A model generated the notes under the pieces. That model was not told the DNA's origin, searched no databases, and worked only from the letters and a program-made list of their open reading frames with translations. The position numbers were made by a program, and so were the translations under genes. A DNA stretch of 62,341 bases, counting the filler, from Squatina squatina (lineage: Eukaryota): NCBI GenBank assembly GCA_031763465.1. It is 4 parts of 4 records of this genome, joined end to end, with 100 filler letters (N's around TTAATTAATTAA, not from the genome) between each part and the next. Parts side by side here need not be neighbours in the genome. Positions count along the whole stretch, not along the records: positions 47,806 to 62,341 come from JARFOE010000001.1; 3 more parts are not named here. One strand, written 5' to 3'. Position 1 is the first letter of the stretch. Every line of letters begins with the position of its first letter. Below are positions 60,856-62,341 of this stretch, piece by piece.

Positions 60856-61320
60856 TGGCTCAGTTGGTAGTGCTCTCACTTCTGAGTCAGAAGGTTGTGG
60901 GTTCAAGTCTCACTCCAGAGTCTTAAGCACAAAAATCCAGGCTGACACTCCCAGTGCAGTGTTAAGGAACTGCTACACTGTCTGAGGTGCTGTCTTTCAG
61001 ATGAGAGACTAAGCCAAGGTCCTATCTGCTCTCTCAGGTGGATGTAAAAGATCCTGTGACATTATTTCAAAGAAGAGCAGGGGAGTTATCCCTGGTGTTT
61101 TGGGGCCAATATTTATCCCTCAATCAACATAACAGAAAACAGATGATCTGGTCATTGTCACTGAGTCAATGCTGTTTGTGGGAGCTTGCTGTGTGCAAAT
61201 TGGCTGCCCCGTTTCCTACATTACAACAGTGACTACACTCCAAAATACTACCTCATTGGCTGTAAATTGCTTTGGGATGTCTGGTGGTTGTGAAAGGCGC
61301 TATACAAATGCATGTTTTTC
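60856..61320 (+). mobile_element. Full-length tRNA-derived SINE of the SacSINE1/Deu-domain type
   Basis: A box tggctcagttgg, B box gttcaagtc, central aggtggatgtaaaagatcc..attatttcaaagaagagcaggggagtt, and 3' tail ending gaaaggcgctatacaaatgca. Confidence 0.9.
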
Positions 61321-62013
61321 ATTTTTTCATATAGACCGCTTGCCCCGATACAGGACAGTTTATTTCGATATTGTGTATCCATAAACCTGAAGTTCCTACA
61401 AAGCCAATGCAAAAAGGTCAGAAAATAAAAAGATGCTTTACACGGGATATTCTGAGCCTCCTTTGATTAATGGAGGAGGCCATGATTTAACATCTGCTGT
61501 CTTACAGTTTAACCATAGGTAAACTGATCTCTCCGTACATGCACTGACAGGCCGGTGAGTTTAATAGTCAACTAAATTTAACCTGTTGGCAGGAGAATCT
61601 GAACCGTTAGCCTGGATGGACAAAACGGGGATTATCTTGCTGTCGGGTTTATTTTCCACCACGTGTAAGTACAGTTATGCCGNNNNNNNNNNNNNNNNNN
61701 NNNNNNNNNNNNNNNNNNNNNNNNNNNNNNNNNNNNNNNNNNNNNNNNNNNNNNNNNNNNNNNNNNNNNNNNNNNNNNNNNNGCTCTAAAAAGGTCACTG
61801 CGACGCAGCTTGCAAATAGAACACAATGGTGTTTATTGCCCTTTGCTATCTTTAGTTACCTAAGGCCGACCTGAGCTCGCCTAAAGTAAGAATTGATCCC
61901 AGCTTTCATCGGCATATACTGGAAAACACCTATTTTGGCTTCAAATCCGAGGGCAAAATTCCCGGTAGGATTTATTTAATGAGCTGTGCAGCTGGCAGCC
62001 AAATCCCTGTAAT

Positions 62014-62133
62014 CTAGTGTACAATTTTTGCGCAGAAGGTATCATTTTTCATTCTGTCCCAATCGGCACACTCGGATGGGCAGAAACTGAAAGAAGGTTG
62101 GCTGCAGTCCAAGGAATCAGGGATTTCATGTTC
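62014..62133 (-). CDS. Candidate terminal coding exon, gene unidentified
   Basis: Acceptor gtcttcacacag; EHEIPDSLDCSQPSFSFCPSECADWDRMKNDTFCAKIVH*, with minus-strand ATTAAA/AATAAA about 35-40 nt after the stop. Confidence 0.3.
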   Translation of the reverse strand, partial: EHEIPDSLDCSQPSFSFCPSECADWDRMKNDTFCAKIVH

Positions 62134-62341
62134 CTGTGTGAAGACGTACAAGAGCATTAACTGATGTTCGGCAGCAGATGCACATAAAACACTTCGACTC
62201 CCTTCCACAGGGAGACAATCAAATATAGCATCTCCAACATAGCTCCCAGATACACAGTGAGCCCAATGCAAACCCCATAGTGTTGGCAACAGCCCCACAT
62301 GGTTAGGTTTAGCTAAGAATGACAATGTGGACATGATTGGG

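Noticed and set aside
60856-60915. tRNA gene
   Set aside because: The A and B boxes are the head of a multi-copy SINE that continues into a Deu-type body.
421-61874. ORF-track entries containing X runs, and most 60-130 aa ORFs
   Set aside because: They read through N gaps or are chance frames in introns and repeats. Real coding sequence here is short spliced exons.

Overview
This is vertebrate nuclear DNA, most likely from a cartilaginous fish (shark), judging by SacSINE1/Deu-type SINEs, HER1/CR1-like and L2 LINEs and intron-containing vertebrate genes. It is not a natural 62-kb locus. It consists of short contigs joined mostly by 100-N gaps, and three artificial N44-TTAATTAATTAA-N44 spacers (14105-14204, 32574-32673, 47706-47805) split it into four independent scaffolds. 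Scaffold 1 (1-14104) has repeats and a few unidentified candidate exons. Scaffold 2 (14205-32573) has seven HERC4 exons (+) tail-to-tail with three SIRT1 exons and the SIRT1 3'UTR (-), then two minisatellites. Scaffold 3 (32674-47705) has two NOA1 exons (-) and two TACR3-like exons (-). Scaffold 4 (47806-62341) has exons of SLC4A4, an ABCA12/13-type transporter, ARHGEF38, H2AZ1 and LAMTOR3. Every gene is partial. Gene calls come from my own translation and recollection of the vertebrate proteins, not from a database search. I see no convincing new multi-gene system. The best leads are: a dispersed repeat carrying a minimal hammerhead-ribozyme motif; substitutions in the normally invariant TM7 motif of the tachykinin receptor; an apparent compensated frameshift in the SIRT1 activator-binding domain; a cluster of miRNA seed sites in the SIRT1 3'UTR; an antisense ABCA exon in the same contig as an SLC4A4 exon; and several structured repeats.
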